Positions 9,024-19,380 of a DNA stretch of 64,000 bases are shown here, piece by piece. The translations under genes and the position numbers were made by a program. Source of the stretch: a candidate division FCPU426 bacterium (lineage in GTDB: Bacteria > Oederibacteriota > Muellerivitia > Muellerivitales > Muellerivitaceae); the NCBI GenBank assembly GCA_963796105.1, contig CAWCKJ010000003.1, positions 384,001 through 448,000 on the forward strand. Reading direction: 5' to 3'. Within the stretch, counting starts at the first letter, position 1. Every line of letters begins with the position of its first letter. Under the pieces are notes generated by a model. It was not told the DNA's origin and ran no database searches. It was given only the letters and a program-made list of their open reading frames with translations.

Positions 9024-12000
9024 ATGAAAATCTTCCTAGGAAAGTTTTGTCCCAAAATGAAACCGCTTTTATCCGGATCCCGTATTAGATACTTTTCTTT
9101 CTTTGCCCTCGCTTTATTATTCCTGCGGGTAGGCGGTGCTTTCTCCCCCGCCTCCGCGAACGTTCTCTTCTCCAACGTCTTCGGTTCCAACATGGTTCTC
9201 CAGCAGGGCGTGTCGATTCACGTGTGGGGTACAGCCAACACCGGGGAGGCAGTCACTGTCTCTTTCGGCGCAACGACCGTGACCGGAGCCGGAGACAATA
9301 ATGGCAACTGGTCTCTATATCTACCTTCTAATACAGCCAACGCCACCGGCCAAAACCTTTCCGCGTCGGGCCCCTCTAATTCCCAACCCCTCACCAATGT
9401 AGTAATCGGCGACGTCTATCTTTTATCGGGCCAATCCAACATGTGGTACGTTTGGAGCAACTGCACTGATAGATCAGGAACTGTGACCATAGGGCTTTCG
9501 GAGGCCGCTACCGCCACCTTCCCGAACATGCGGATCAGGCACGTCAATTCGGCGGCTTCGCAAACCCCCGTGGCGGATGTGCCGACGGGCCAATGGTATC
9601 AATATATTCCCGGCAATGACGCTAATACTCTCAGTTACACGGGCCTGGGCTATTACATCGGCAGGGATATTTCCCAGGCCACCACGAACACCATTCCAAT
9701 TGGTCTGTTAGAATCGGATTACCCTGGAATGCCACTGGAGATTTTTTTAAGCACGGACGCCATCCAGGCTGACCCGATCCTGGCGCCGGCCATTATCACC
9801 CCCTCCTCCCCCGCGACCTATACGGCTGAGGTTTACAACGCCATGATCGCGCCCCTGACGCCCTTCAACATCCGGGCAGTGGTTTGGGACCAGGGCGAGT
9901 CCAACGAGGGCGCCCCTTCTTATTTCCCCTCCTACGAATACGATTATCTCCTGCCGGAACTCATCAAGAACTGGCGCGAGAAATGGAACCAGAATTTTCC
10001 CTTCTACATTATCCAGCTCCAGAACATCGCCAACATGAACCCCGCGGTAATCCCCACTCCCATTCCCACCGGTCTCCCCTGCACCTACTGGAATGGCACG
10101 GAACCCTATAGCACCGCTTACAGCGTGGGGATCGCCGATGTGCGTTTTGGGCAATTCACTACCTTGAAGATGCCATTCACCGGCATGAGCGTGAATTTCG
10201 ACTTGAACCCCCGCGCGCTCAATTGCGACTCTTCCCTTTCCTACCACCCTCCCGACAAGCAGGATTTCGCGGCCCGCATCGTGCCCTGGATCCTGCGGGA
10301 TATTTACGGGCAGTCCCCCCTATCCATGACCGGCCCCCTTTATCAATCCTCCCAAACCCAGGGTTCCACAATTATCTGCCATTTCACATCCCCCAGCGGC
10401 GGGGCTTTTAGCCTTTCCACAAGCGATTCGAATCCCGTCACCGCGTTCCAAATCGCCGATTCCAGTAATTCCACGAATTACTATTGGGCCAATGCCGCCA
10501 TTTCCTCCGACGGGCAAAGTGTTTCGGTTTGGAGCCCCTCGGTAACGACTCCTATCTCGGCGCGCTATGCCTGGGGCTGGGATCCGGTTGATCCCAACGG
10601 CCCCGTGGCCAACCTCTCGGACACCAACGGCTACCTGGCCTCCCCCTACCAAACCTATAACTTCTCAAATATGCTCGTGACTGGCAACGGCAGCGCCGCC
10701 GTTTCCGACATGAACCTGACGCCATCCACCGGCAACGGGACGGATCTTGGAACTTTAGGCTTATGCCAAGCCGTGATTGAAACCTTCACCATCACCAACG
10801 ACCCAGCCGCCCTCGCGAACCTCAACTTGACCGGCGGCCCCAATTACGTCCGGATCACCGGCGCTAACGCGGCGGATTTCACGGTCGTTTCACAGCCATC
10901 GTCTTCTTCCCTAATACCCGGCGCCAGTGAGATCTTCCAGATCCGGTTCCAACCAGGCTCAACAGGCTTACGGCAGGCCATTCTTCAAATTCCCTGCGAC
11001 ACGCCTCAAAAAACCCCCTATACCATCTATATTCAGGCCACAGGCGCGGATAATTGCACCGCGACACCGACCTACACCGGCACCTGGTACTCCCCCACTC
11101 CCACTAATACGAACACCCCCACCATCACCCCTTCCCCCACCCTTACTCCCTCCGTGGCGGTAAGCATGATCGACAATTTCGACACGAATACCATCCAACC
11201 CGCGTCAAGCCGGCTGAATCTTTGGGGACAACCCTGGGGCGCTTATTCCGGAAGCGGGGCAACTATAGGGGTCACTTACTTCTCGCCAGGGGACGATGGG
11301 ACAGCCGATTGCGTCAGCCTTTTCGGGAACGTTCCCGCCAACGGTTATTGCAATTACTTGTCCTATCTTTTGAGCAATAAAGCCACCTTCAACGCTTTGA
11401 CGGCGGGTTACACAGGTATCATATTCGAGGTGAACGACAGTGACGGCAGCCAAATCCGGGCCCAAGTCATGTCCCAAGCCGTTACTTCCAATGATTATTT
11501 CGGCTCCTACTACACGGCGCCCCATACCGGACAATGGTACCCTGTGACGATTTTATTCTCGCAAATGTCCCAAGCTGGGTGGGGACACGATGTGCTTCCC
11601 ACTGCGTATAATCCCGCCACGGAAATTACGGGCGTGAAATTCGACATTACCTCTACAGGTAATTACGCATTTCTCCTGGACCAAGTCGCGTTTTTCGGTC
11701 CCTTGCCCACTGCCACGCCCACAGGAACATGGTACACCGCGACTCCCACCGTCACGGCCACCCCCACCATCACTCCCACCCCGACGGTCTCTCCTACCTT
11801 CACCCCGACCGGCTCCGCGACGCCCACAAAAACCAGCACACCCCCGCCGGACACCACTCTTTATAACTTCGAAAACGGCACGGTCATGGGTTGGAGTAAC
11901 GTTATTCCCTCAACGGACACCACACAAAATTCCTCCACGATGTCCTTTCTGGGGAACCACTCCCTGGCGGTAAGCTTGAATTTCCCTTGGACCGCCACCG

Positions 12001-12821
12001 GCGACAATGAATTCGGGGTAGAACCCCAGGCGAACCTGCTTTCCCCGGTTACCAATTTAACCGGAAAAACCTTGATCGCCCACCTCTGGGTGCCGTCCAA
12101 CTTCCCCGTTTCGCTCCAGGCGGACATTTATTTTAAAAGCGGTGGATCCTGGGCCTGGCAAACCGGCCCCTCGACGACCCTGGTGCCAAACACCTGGAAC
12201 ACTCTGACTTTGGACCCAACCGTGTCCTTTAACGTGAGCGGTACTCCTGATATCACCAATGTGCTGGGGATCGGGATACAGATACTTTATTCCGGGACTT
12301 GGACAGGCACGGTTTACATGGACTCCATGGACGTCCTCTACGTTGGAGGATCGCCCACCCCGACACCCACGGTTTCACCGACCATAACACCCAGTCCAAC
12401 CTTGACACCCACCCCGTCCCTGACATCCACCCCCACTCTTACACTCAGTCCCACGCCCAGCCCGACCAACAGTCCGACCCCCACCAACACCCCTACTCCG
12501 TCCCCTACGCCGACCCTGACGCAAACCCCGACACCCACGACGGCCTGTGTGGCTCCCCTGCTTTACCCGAATCCCGTCAGGGGAGACACGATGCAAATAC
12601 GCCTGTCTCCATGCTCGATTACCCCCCACGTATCGGTGAAACTTTTCACGGTTTCATTCCGGAAAGTGATGGACTTGGATGTCAACCCGATTCCATCGGC
12701 CGGGAATTTCTCGCTTCCCCTGTTGGATAATTGGAACAAGCCTCTCACGAACGGCTTGTATTACCTGGTGATTACCACGCCCCAAGGAAGGACCATCACC
12801 AAGATGCTGGTGATACGGTAA
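9024..12821 (+). CDS. Secreted modular sialate O-acetylesterase (SGNH/SASA) with Ig-like, CBM-like domains, Pro/Thr linkers and a T9SS-CTD-like tail
   Basis: [38 protein letters not shown]; choice-of-anchor-D-like segment; CIA30/CBM11-like and YNFE-type CBM-like segments; tail LYPNP...GLYYLVI...KMLVIR. Exact start uncertain. Confidence 0.85.
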   Translation: MKIFLGKFCPKMKPLLSGSRIRYFSFFALALLFLRVGGAFSPASANVLFSNVFGSNMVLQQGVSIHVWGTANTGEAVTVSFGATTVTGAGDNNGNWSLYLPSNTANATGQNLSASGPSNSQPLTNVVIGDVYLLSGQSNMWYVWSNCTDRSGTVTIGLSEAATATFPNMRIRHVNSAASQTPVADVPTGQWYQYIPGNDANTLSYTGLGYYIGRDISQATTNTIPIGLLESDYPGMPLEIFLSTDAIQADPILAPAIITPSSPATYTAEVYNAMIAPLTPFNIRAVVWDQGESNEGAPSYFPSYEYDYLLPELIKNWREKWNQNFPFYIIQLQNIANMNPAVIPTPIPTGLPCTYWNGTEPYSTAYSVGIADVRFGQFTTLKMPFTGMSVNFDLNPRALNCDSSLSYHPPDKQDFAARIVPWILRDIYGQSPLSMTGPLYQSSQTQGSTIICHFTSPSGGAFSLSTSDSNPVTAFQIADSSNSTNYYWANAAISSDGQSVSVWSPSVTTPISARYAWGWDPVDPNGPVANLSDTNGYLASPYQTYNFSNMLVTGNGSAAVSDMNLTPSTGNGTDLGTLGLCQAVIETFTITNDPAALANLNLTGGPNYVRITGANAADFTVVSQPSSSSLIPGASEIFQIRFQPGSTGLRQAILQIPCDTPQKTPYTIYIQATGADNCTATPTYTGTWYSPTPTNTNTPTITPSPTLTPSVAVSMIDNFDTNTIQPASSRLNLWGQPWGAYSGSGATIGVTYFSPGDDGTADCVSLFGNVPANGYCNYLSYLLSNKATFNALTAGYTGIIFEVNDSDGSQIRAQVMSQAVTSNDYFGSYYTAPHTGQWYPVTILFSQMSQAGWGHDVLPTAYNPATEITGVKFDITSTGNYAFLLDQVAFFGPLPTATPTGTWYTATPTVTATPTITPTPTVSPTFTPTGSATPTKTSTPPPDTTLYNFENGTVMGWSNVIPSTDTTQNSSTMSFLGNHSLAVSLNFPWTATGDNEFGVEPQANLLSPVTNLTGKTLIAHLWVPSNFPVSLQADIYFKSGGSWAWQTGPSTTLVPNTWNTLTLDPTVSFNVSGTPDITNVLGIGIQILYSGTWTGTVYMDSMDVLYVGGSPTPTPTVSPTITPSPTLTPTPSLTSTPTLTLSPTPSPTNSPTPTNTPTPSPTPTLTQTPTPTTACVAPLLYPNPVRGDTMQIRLSPCSITPHVSVKLFTVSFRKVMDLDVNPIPSAGNFSLPLLDNWNKPLTNGLYYLVITTPQGRTITKMLVIR

Positions 12822-12823
12822 AA

Positions 12824-12861
12824 AGCAATTTTAAATTCTCGATTTTGAATTTTAAATTGCT
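12824..12861. terminator. AT-rich inverted repeat between convergent genes
   Basis: AGCAATTTTAAATTC-N8-GAATTTTAAATTGCT (1 mismatch). Confidence 0.45.
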
Positions 12862-12933
12862 GGGGATTAACAAGTTACGAAAAACACGGATTATTTCATT
12901 TATCTAATGCCGATAAGCCCTATTTGCCATTTC

Positions 12934-13833
12934 TCACTGCCGTTGGGCATTGTCAGGGTCCAGGGCGTAAGGCGCGACTCCTCCGTTGAAATCCCTTGGC
13001 CGTTGGGTAACGACCGGTACCTCGTTGCAGTCCTCGAAGTACTTTCCCCCTATTTCCTCCAGAAGCGGCGAACCAGCCAAGAGGACCGAGGTTGCGGCTC
13101 CCTGTTGCGGGGTTTTCCGCTTTTCGGGAGGCGTTTTGAGGCCTCCCGTGTATCTCTGGAGGTTGGTCGGAATTGCCCCGGGATTCAAGGCGTTGGCGAA
13201 AATGCCATCCCCCGCCCACCTTCTGTTCGCCTCCACCGCCAGAAGGACATCCGCCGTCTTGGACTGCCCATACGCCGCAAAAGGCTCATAGGGCTTGAAG
13301 TTGAAGTGGGGATCGTCAAACAGGACTGGCGAGATCAGGTTCGCGCTGGAACTTACCGACACGATTCGCGCGCCCTTGGAGGATTTCAAAGCGGGATACA
13401 AGCGCGTCGTCAGGGCGAAATGGCCAAGGAAATTGGTCGCAAACTGCTTTTCCCATCCCTGGGGGGTCCTTTCCAGCGTGGGAATGGCCATAACGCCGGC
13501 GTTGTTAACCAGGATGTGGAGCGGACCTTCCCATTGATCCGCGAACTTTCGAATGGAATCCAGGTCGAGCAAATCGAGCAGGCGCAGCAAAACTTTCAGG
13601 TTCCCTGCAGTATTTTTGATCTCTTCCGCCGCCGATTGCCCAGCCTCGAACCTTCGGACCGCCAAGGTCACTTCAGCCCCCGCGCTAGCCAGCGCCCGGG
13701 CCGTCTCTAACCCGATCCCAGAGGCCCCTCCCGTGACAATGGCTCGCTTACCGGTGAGATCGACGCCCTGAAGGATGTCGCTGGCAGTCGAATGGAAGCC
13801 GAAAGGCGTAGTGATAGGGGGCAATGAAGACAC
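12934..13833 (-). CDS. Short-chain dehydrogenase/reductase (retinol dehydrogenase-like)
   Basis: TGGASGIG, NNAG, YGQSK; C-terminus may be clipped by a premature TGA. Confidence 0.92.
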   Translation of the reverse strand: MSSLPPITTPFGFHSTASDILQGVDLTGKRAIVTGGASGIGLETARALASAGAEVTLAVRRFEAGQSAAEEIKNTAGNLKVLLRLLDLLDLDSIRKFADQWEGPLHILVNNAGVMAIPTLERTPQGWEKQFATNFLGHFALTTRLYPALKSSKGARIVSVSSSANLISPVLFDDPHFNFKPYEPFAAYGQSKTADVLLAVEANRRWAGDGIFANALNPGAIPTNLQRYTGGLKTPPEKRKTPQQGAATSVLLAGSPLLEEIGGKYFEDCNEVPVVTQRPRDFNGGVAPYALDPDNAQRQ

Positions 13834-13864
13834 TCTTTATAAGAAATTATTCAGGAGCCTTCAA

Positions 13865-14473
13865 TTAAAAATTAAACGCCAGGAAATTCGCCTTGAGTTC
13901 CGGCTGGTTGATGTTCCAGGTGATAGTCTCATCTTCCCCGCGGATGACCGCGTTATAACGCTGGACCGCCGCGAACTTGGAAGTTTCAGCCTGAGCCAGC
14001 TCAAACGCCCCCACATATTCCAACACCAGTCCTACAAGGCCCACCCCGATACCCGCGCTCACTTGAGAATCGATTTGACCGTTGCCCGTCTGGAGGTTGT
14101 TGTCGGACGCAATCACGCTAAGACCCAGGACTAAAACCCCGATCCCTCCCACAAGCAGGGGCACGCCGACATCCCCTGAGCTTTTGGATACGCCCAACAA
14201 ACGGTTGGCCTCGGCGTCATTCAAGGTGCGAATGAGCTTATCCACGCTCACAAAATCCTTAAGCTCCTCTTTCGCGTAATAGTACCGGAGGCCTTCCACA
14301 GTCGTAAATTTCACGACTATGGCCTTGCGCTTTTTCACGGACTTGGAAACTTTCGGCAATTTCGGAACCTTGTGAACTTCCGGCGTCGGAATGGGTGTCT
14401 GGGCCAGGACTAAGGAATGAATTAAAAACGCTCCCACGAGAACAGCGGCAAGAGTAAGCGGTCTTTTAAACAT
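13865..14473 (-). CDS. Hypothetical exported/membrane protein
   Basis: Signal peptide, two Gly-rich hydrophobic helices, terminal Phe. Confidence 0.7.
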   Translation of the reverse strand: MFKRPLTLAAVLVGAFLIHSLVLAQTPIPTPEVHKVPKLPKVSKSVKKRKAIVVKFTTVEGLRYYYAKEELKDFVSVDKLIRTLNDAEANRLLGVSKSSGDVGVPLLVGGIGVLVLGLSVIASDNNLQTGNGQIDSQVSAGIGVGLVGLVLEYVGAFELAQAETSKFAAVQRYNAVIRGEDETITWNINQPELKANFLAFNF

Positions 14474-14598
14474 ATTCTTCTTCCTTGAATGTTGCGCTGA
14501 TAAAAACCTTGAAATAAGCGTCCCGTCCCGGATCGGGGAAAATAAGTAGCCTATTTTCGGAAATAAATGGTTCCATAAAACTCCCGATAGTTACAAAT

Positions 14599-15549
14599 TC
14601 ACTTTGTGCATTCCTTATAAAAGTCGTAGCAGTTGTCCTTGTTCACCTTGTCATCGCGCCATTTCATGGCGTCCCGCGGGTGCTGGTTGAGAAGGCCTGA
14701 AATGCCGTAAATGTCGTTGAAGCCCCACTCCATCTTTTCCCGGAGCGGGACGAACTGCTCCTGGATGACCTTGTAGATGGGCCGGACGTCGAATTTCGGG
14801 TTTTGCAGGAACCCCAGCAGGAGCTCCAGGGGGCAGTTGCCCGCTCCCCGGCCCATGCCGTTGATGGTGGCGTCCAGCATGTTCACGCCCTCGATGATGC
14901 ACTGCTGGGTGTTGGCGTAGGCCAGCTGGATGTTGTTGTGGCCGTGGAAACCCAGCTTCTCGATGGGGACGTACTTCTTGTAGAGGGTCAGGTAATGGGT
15001 GATCTGCTCGGAGTAAAAGGCCCCGTAGGTGTCCACCAGGTACAGGCAGTCCACCTCCGGCGACTTGGAAACGTCCTCCAGCGCCTCGTTGAGCTCCGTC
15101 TCGATGGCGGCCGATACCGCCATGATATTGAGGGATGTCGAGTATCCCTTGTCCTTGGAGCGCTTGACCGCGTCCAGGGCCTTGTCGATCTGGGGCACGT
15201 AGCAGGCCGTGCGGATCATGTCCACGGGGCTGTCCTTCTTGTTCTTGAGCCCGTTGAGATCGATGCGTCCGATGTCAAACATGACAGCGAGCTTGGGACG
15301 GTTGCTCCCCTTGTAGTTCCCTACCACCCGCTTCAGGAGCTCCTCGTCGCAAAAATTCCAAGGGCCGAACTTGGAGCGCGGGTACTCGTCGCTTTCCACG
15401 AGCTTCTTGCCCAGCTCGATGATGTCCACCCCCGCCTCGCAGACGGCGGCGTAAACCGCCTTTACGAAATCCTCGGCGAACTGGTAATTGTTGATCAATC
15501 CCCCGTCGCGGATGGTGCAATCCAAGACCTTGAGCTCTTTTCGAAACAT
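14599..15549 (-). CDS. DRE-TIM metallolyase (HMGL-like, 4-hydroxy-2-oxovalerate aldolase-like)
   Basis: LDCTIRDGG, GFHGHNN, GMGRGAGNCPLE. Confidence 0.88.
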   Translation of the reverse strand: MFRKELKVLDCTIRDGGLINNYQFAEDFVKAVYAAVCEAGVDIIELGKKLVESDEYPRSKFGPWNFCDEELLKRVVGNYKGSNRPKLAVMFDIGRIDLNGLKNKKDSPVDMIRTACYVPQIDKALDAVKRSKDKGYSTSLNIMAVSAAIETELNEALEDVSKSPEVDCLYLVDTYGAFYSEQITHYLTLYKKYVPIEKLGFHGHNNIQLAYANTQQCIIEGVNMLDATINGMGRGAGNCPLELLLGFLQNPKFDVRPIYKVIQEQFVPLREKMEWGFNDIYGISGLLNQHPRDAMKWRDDKVNKDNCYDFYKECTK

Positions 15550-15709
15550 GGGATGTCCTTTTAAAGAATTGGTATGTGTACGATAAACAAGGGCCGGGAC
15601 TCACCCTCCTGGCCCTTCCAAACACCGACACATCCTAAACCGACTGGCTTTGGGCGTAAATCTGAATGTTTGTTGTTGCTTGCTTTAGGGAAAGGCTTTT
15701 TCAGCGATT

Positions 15710-16117
15710 TCAGCGGATCCCATGCTTGTTGAGAAAGGGACCGTATTCCCTGTCGATAACCTTGATGTGCTGGGTCAGCCATTCCTTGAGGTAATTCATC
15801 ACCTTTTGGGAGATCAGGTATTCCCCGGCGTCATACTCGGAACGCAGTTTTTGAACCTGTCGGATGAACACCTTATGCTCGAGCCGGTGCAGGGCCAGGT
15901 CTGGATAGCTGAATTTTTCCAGCAGGCCTTCCTCGTAGGAAAAATGCTTCTGAATGTAAAGCGACAAACCTTTGAATGTGGCTTCCATCTCGTTCCAGCC
16001 ATGGCCCTCGGTCATGGCCTGGTGCAGGCCATTGACCAGATCGATCAGGTTTTGGTGCTGGTCGTCGATTTCCGCGACACCCACCGAAAATTCACTGGTC
16101 CATGCGATAAAAGCCAT
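15710..16117 (-). CDS. Bacteriohemerythrin
   Basis: W...SVGVAEIDDQH, HFSYEE, HRLEH, WLTQHIKVID. Confidence 0.93.
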   Translation of the reverse strand: MAFIAWTSEFSVGVAEIDDQHQNLIDLVNGLHQAMTEGHGWNEMEATFKGLSLYIQKHFSYEEGLLEKFSYPDLALHRLEHKVFIRQVQKLRSEYDAGEYLISQKVMNYLKEWLTQHIKVIDREYGPFLNKHGIR

Positions 16118-16304
16118 GTGTTCCGATCCTCAAGAAGTTCACACAAGGGCGCCAGGGATGGCCCCGCGGTCAGTAGATTATAGAATGAAATCCGGAAACC
16201 GGAGTTGGAAATGAGGGGCCCAACAACATCGGCCCTGGGAATCACTTCTGGGCGGGTTTAGAACCTAGAATCAAAAGGCGGGAATCAGAAATAAACTTCG
16301 GGAA

Positions 16305-16679
16305 TTACCTGATTTTAGCGGACCATCGAATCAGGTAGTTTTTCAATAAGTCCGCGTCCTCTTCCTTAATGGCCTCGAAATGCAGGCCTTCTCCATTCTC
16401 CATTGCCCAGACCACTTCTCCGAACGCCGAAAGGATATTGGAAGTTTCAGGAAGGTTGATCTCAAGGCGGACGATACTGCCCACACTCATACCCGAATTT
16501 CCAGCCAGGCAAAGACCACCCAGGCTTACATTGACGGTATGGCTGACTCTCTCTCCGCTTTTGCGGTCAAATATCGTCTTCATTTCCCTTTGCTCGTCCA
16601 GAACCCTGTGTTTGACAGGAATGTTGAGCGGAACCCTGGGATGGATTCTTTTCTCTGTGAACCTATTCGCGTCGGTCAT
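16305..16679 (-). CDS. PilZ domain c-di-GMP receptor
   Basis: EKRIHPR (RxxxR) and NVSLGG (D/NxSxxG), GEVVW...GLHF. Confidence 0.88.
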   Translation of the reverse strand: MTDANRFTEKRIHPRVPLNIPVKHRVLDEQREMKTIFDRKSGERVSHTVNVSLGGLCLAGNSGMSVGSIVRLEINLPETSNILSAFGEVVWAMENGEGLHFEAIKEEDADLLKNYLIRWSAKIR

Positions 16680-17172
16680 ATAGGGCTTCCTTGAATTCGA
16701 AATATATTTGTGCCGGCTGAATCAGACGGCACAATTTATAAAATCAACTCCATTAACATTCTGAGGATAATGTGGCAAGAGAAAAAAATCCTCATCAAAC
16801 GTGTGATAAAAGTGTTAAACGGTTTATCTCATTTGCGGGTCGTAAACTTAAAATGAGGACAAAAAAGAGTTTTCCCATATTCATTTTCGTTGGAAAGTCG
16901 GCCGAACCTGACTTAAAACCCTATCAACCTTTCAAATTATTCCAAAATGACGCTTGTAGGGTCTAACTTTGCGTGATTTAGGGACGTAATTGAGCGTTGT
17001 TGACCTAAATAGGGGTTTAACCCTTTTCTTAAAAACCCCGGAAATCAAAGCCTAAAAATTCAGTCAGAACCCCGCGAAGACTTTAATTCCGTTAGTTCTC
17101 GAGACTTCCTGAGTGGATTGGATTTAGATAAATGGTATTTCAAATGTTGGAAAAGAATGACCCGGAGATAAG

Positions 17173-17248
<76 letters not shown>

Positions 17249-17305
17249 ACAAAAAGGGACGCTTAAGAGAGCGAATTATTCTGGAATAACTCAGAATGGT
17301 TTTGA

Positions 17306-17334
17306 AGATTATCAAGACATAAAGGACTTGTCAA
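17306..17334 (-). promoter_or_regulatory. Sigma70 promoter for tRNA-Phe
   Basis: TTGACA-N17-TAATCT. Confidence 0.6.
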
Positions 17335-17380
17335 CCCAAGACACCGGCCTGCATTGCCGTGAATAGGCCGATTTGTTATT

Positions 17381-18376
17381 TCAAAAAATGCGGAACTGGT
17401 TGAATCTCATGTTAAGAGCGAAGTAAAAAGTATCCTGGCTGGTGGTTTGAAAATCAGCGGGGTCATAAGCGATATCGACTGAGAAATCGTTGTCATCAAT
17501 GGCACGGGTTAAACTGCATCCTAGCGTGTAATTTTCAAAAACATTGCCCGTAAACTGCGAAAAGGATTGAAACTGGTACCCCCCGCGGACGCAGAACAGT
17601 TTCGGGAAGACCCAAACCTCGCCGCCTATGCCCATTTTCATGCCTTGATCCGAAGGTTTGAAAACCTCTAAACCCAGGTTCATGTCTTTTTGGTTCCCTA
17701 GATCCTGATGGATGCCAACCCCCAAGCGGATGAACATGGGAAGGGGATCCGCGCTCCCGGTCAAAGCCTGGTCGAATTTCATGCTGGTCCCTATGTTCAA
17801 GATCGAAAGGCCAGCCTTGATCCCGTAGGGTAATTTTTCCAATGTCGCGCCGACGTTAAAACCTAGTGCCTCGGAGGAATAGGACGCTAAATCGCTTTGG
17901 ATGTATTCCAACGTGCCCCCCAAACGGATCGCGGGTGAGACTTTCGTGGCGAATGTCCCCGAAACCAATATGTCGTCCGCGTTAACCGGCGGAGCGCCGT
18001 TCTGGTTGTCCACTGGAGGCATATGGCGGTACTCGAAATTGAGCGCAGCCGCGGTCTCAAAACCAATCGCCGAGGCGAAGGTCAAGTATTCATACTGGAT
18101 CTGAGCCAAACTATCTAAATGGTAGATGAGTAATTGGGAGGCTTTCAAGTTTGACAAACCAGCGGGATTATAATCAATGGAATAGGCGTCATCCCCCATT
18201 GCGGTATAAACACCGGCCATCCCGGCAGGACGCACTCCCTGAGTGATTTTTAAAAGGTCAGCCGTCGTGGTACCGACAGTTTGGGAAAAGGTCCGGCAGA
18301 ACCCCGCCGCCACAAAAAATACAAATAACCATCCGATAATTGATTTTGATCTGAACATATTTTCTAGTTTCATCAT
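17381..18376 (-). CDS. PorV/PorQ (UPF0164)-family outer-membrane beta-barrel
   Basis: DLLKITQGVRPAGMAGVYTAMGDDAYSIDYNPAGL, amphipathic strands; AGGAGG SD before ATG 18376. Confidence 0.82.
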   Translation of the reverse strand: MMKLENMFRSKSIIGWLFVFFVAAGFCRTFSQTVGTTTADLLKITQGVRPAGMAGVYTAMGDDAYSIDYNPAGLSNLKASQLLIYHLDSLAQIQYEYLTFASAIGFETAAALNFEYRHMPPVDNQNGAPPVNADDILVSGTFATKVSPAIRLGGTLEYIQSDLASYSSEALGFNVGATLEKLPYGIKAGLSILNIGTSMKFDQALTGSADPLPMFIRLGVGIHQDLGNQKDMNLGLEVFKPSDQGMKMGIGGEVWVFPKLFCVRGGYQFQSFSQFTGNVFENYTLGCSLTRAIDDNDFSVDIAYDPADFQTTSQDTFYFALNMRFNQFRIF

Positions 18377-18408
18377 TCCTTCCCTCCTAAAAACCTTATA
18401 TAAAAAAA

Positions 18409-19380
18409 TCAAAATTTGGTGCTGATGGAAATTCGATGCGTGTCCCCGAAGACATCCTCGGGAGCGTAAGCATAATCCAGGAAAGCCACTGTGCCGTTGA
18501 AATCAAGTCCATAACCGGCCCCTAGCGTGGGGCCCACCCCGCTGAGGGAAGTGTCCAAAAACTGGTAGCCGCCCCGCAAAGTGGCCCTGTTGCCAATCCA
18601 TTTCAAATTATACTCTACACCAACCCGCATCCCAACCTTGTCTTCAATGGGTTGGATGGGGAAAATAGCGTCCACGCTGATGGCGCCGTCATCCTGGTCG
18701 GAAAAAAGCTCATAACGCCTGTAAGAAATCCCCGTATTGAGGCTGAAAGGTAAATCAAAGCTGGATTCCTGCGCTCCAAGGTTTTTAAGCGCTATTCCGA
18801 CTCTCATTCCGTCAAATGGCGGCAGGACAATCAATCCCGCGTCTAAGCTGAAAAGGGACGAGGAAAGGGTATCAATCTGTTGTTGCATTAATTTCCCAGT
18901 CAAGCCGAAGTGCACCGCTTGGCTGATTTCATGGGCGTATGAAAGGGTGAATATACTGTCGCCGCTGGAAAAAGTCCCGACTGTCTGGCCCTGGTCGTTC
19001 GTCCTGGGCATATTTCCCGGCTGGAGAAGGTTCACGCTGATGGCCGCGACCCCTCCGATGGAGGGGGAGAAAGACCCCACGGGGGTGGCAAAAGCGACGA
19101 ACTCATAACTCATCTGCTGATAAAGCGAAAGATATGTCAAATTTAATTCATTAGTGAGAACGCTGGCCAACCCCGCGGGATTGTAATATACAGCCCCGAC
19201 GTCATCCCCCATGGCCGTATAGGCCTCGCCGCTTCCCATCGCCCTGGATACGGGAGAAATTTTCAAGAAATCAAAAGCACTACGCCCAGCGTTCGCTGTT
19301 TGAGCCTGAGAACTGCCAGAAAGACCGAGGGCAAAGAATAGAAAAGAGAAACATATGCGCTTCAAAAAAACGCGATTCAT
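18409..19380 (-). CDS. PorV/PorQ (UPF0164)-family outer-membrane beta-barrel
   Basis: AFDFLKISPVSRAMGSGEAYTAMGDDVGAVYYNPAGL ... LDYAY...GDTHRISISTKF. Confidence 0.88.
   Translation of the reverse strand: MNRVFLKRICFSFLFFALGLSGSSQAQTANAGRSAFDFLKISPVSRAMGSGEAYTAMGDDVGAVYYNPAGLASVLTNELNLTYLSLYQQMSYEFVAFATPVGSFSPSIGGVAAISVNLLQPGNMPRTNDQGQTVGTFSSGDSIFTLSYAHEISQAVHFGLTGKLMQQQIDTLSSSLFSLDAGLIVLPPFDGMRVGIALKNLGAQESSFDLPFSLNTGISYRRYELFSDQDDGAISVDAIFPIQPIEDKVGMRVGVEYNLKWIGNRATLRGGYQFLDTSLSGVGPTLGAGYGLDFNGTVAFLDYAYAPEDVFGDTHRISISTKF

Noticed and set aside
12909..12916. Perfect sigma28 -10 GCCGATAA on the plus strand
   Set aside because: No properly spaced -35 and no sense gene downstream
12934..12936. 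TGA=Trp genetic code reassignment
   Set aside because: TGA ends well-defined genes here at the expected positions (flgG, fliI, fliG)
12907..15631. Long plus-strand ORFs 12907-13710 and 14803-15564
   Set aside because: Antisense shadows of the SDR and DRE-TIM genes
16772..17172. Small ORF or att site downstream of tRNA-Phe
   Set aside because: No SD or motif, and no duplicated tRNA 3' end or integrase seen in the window
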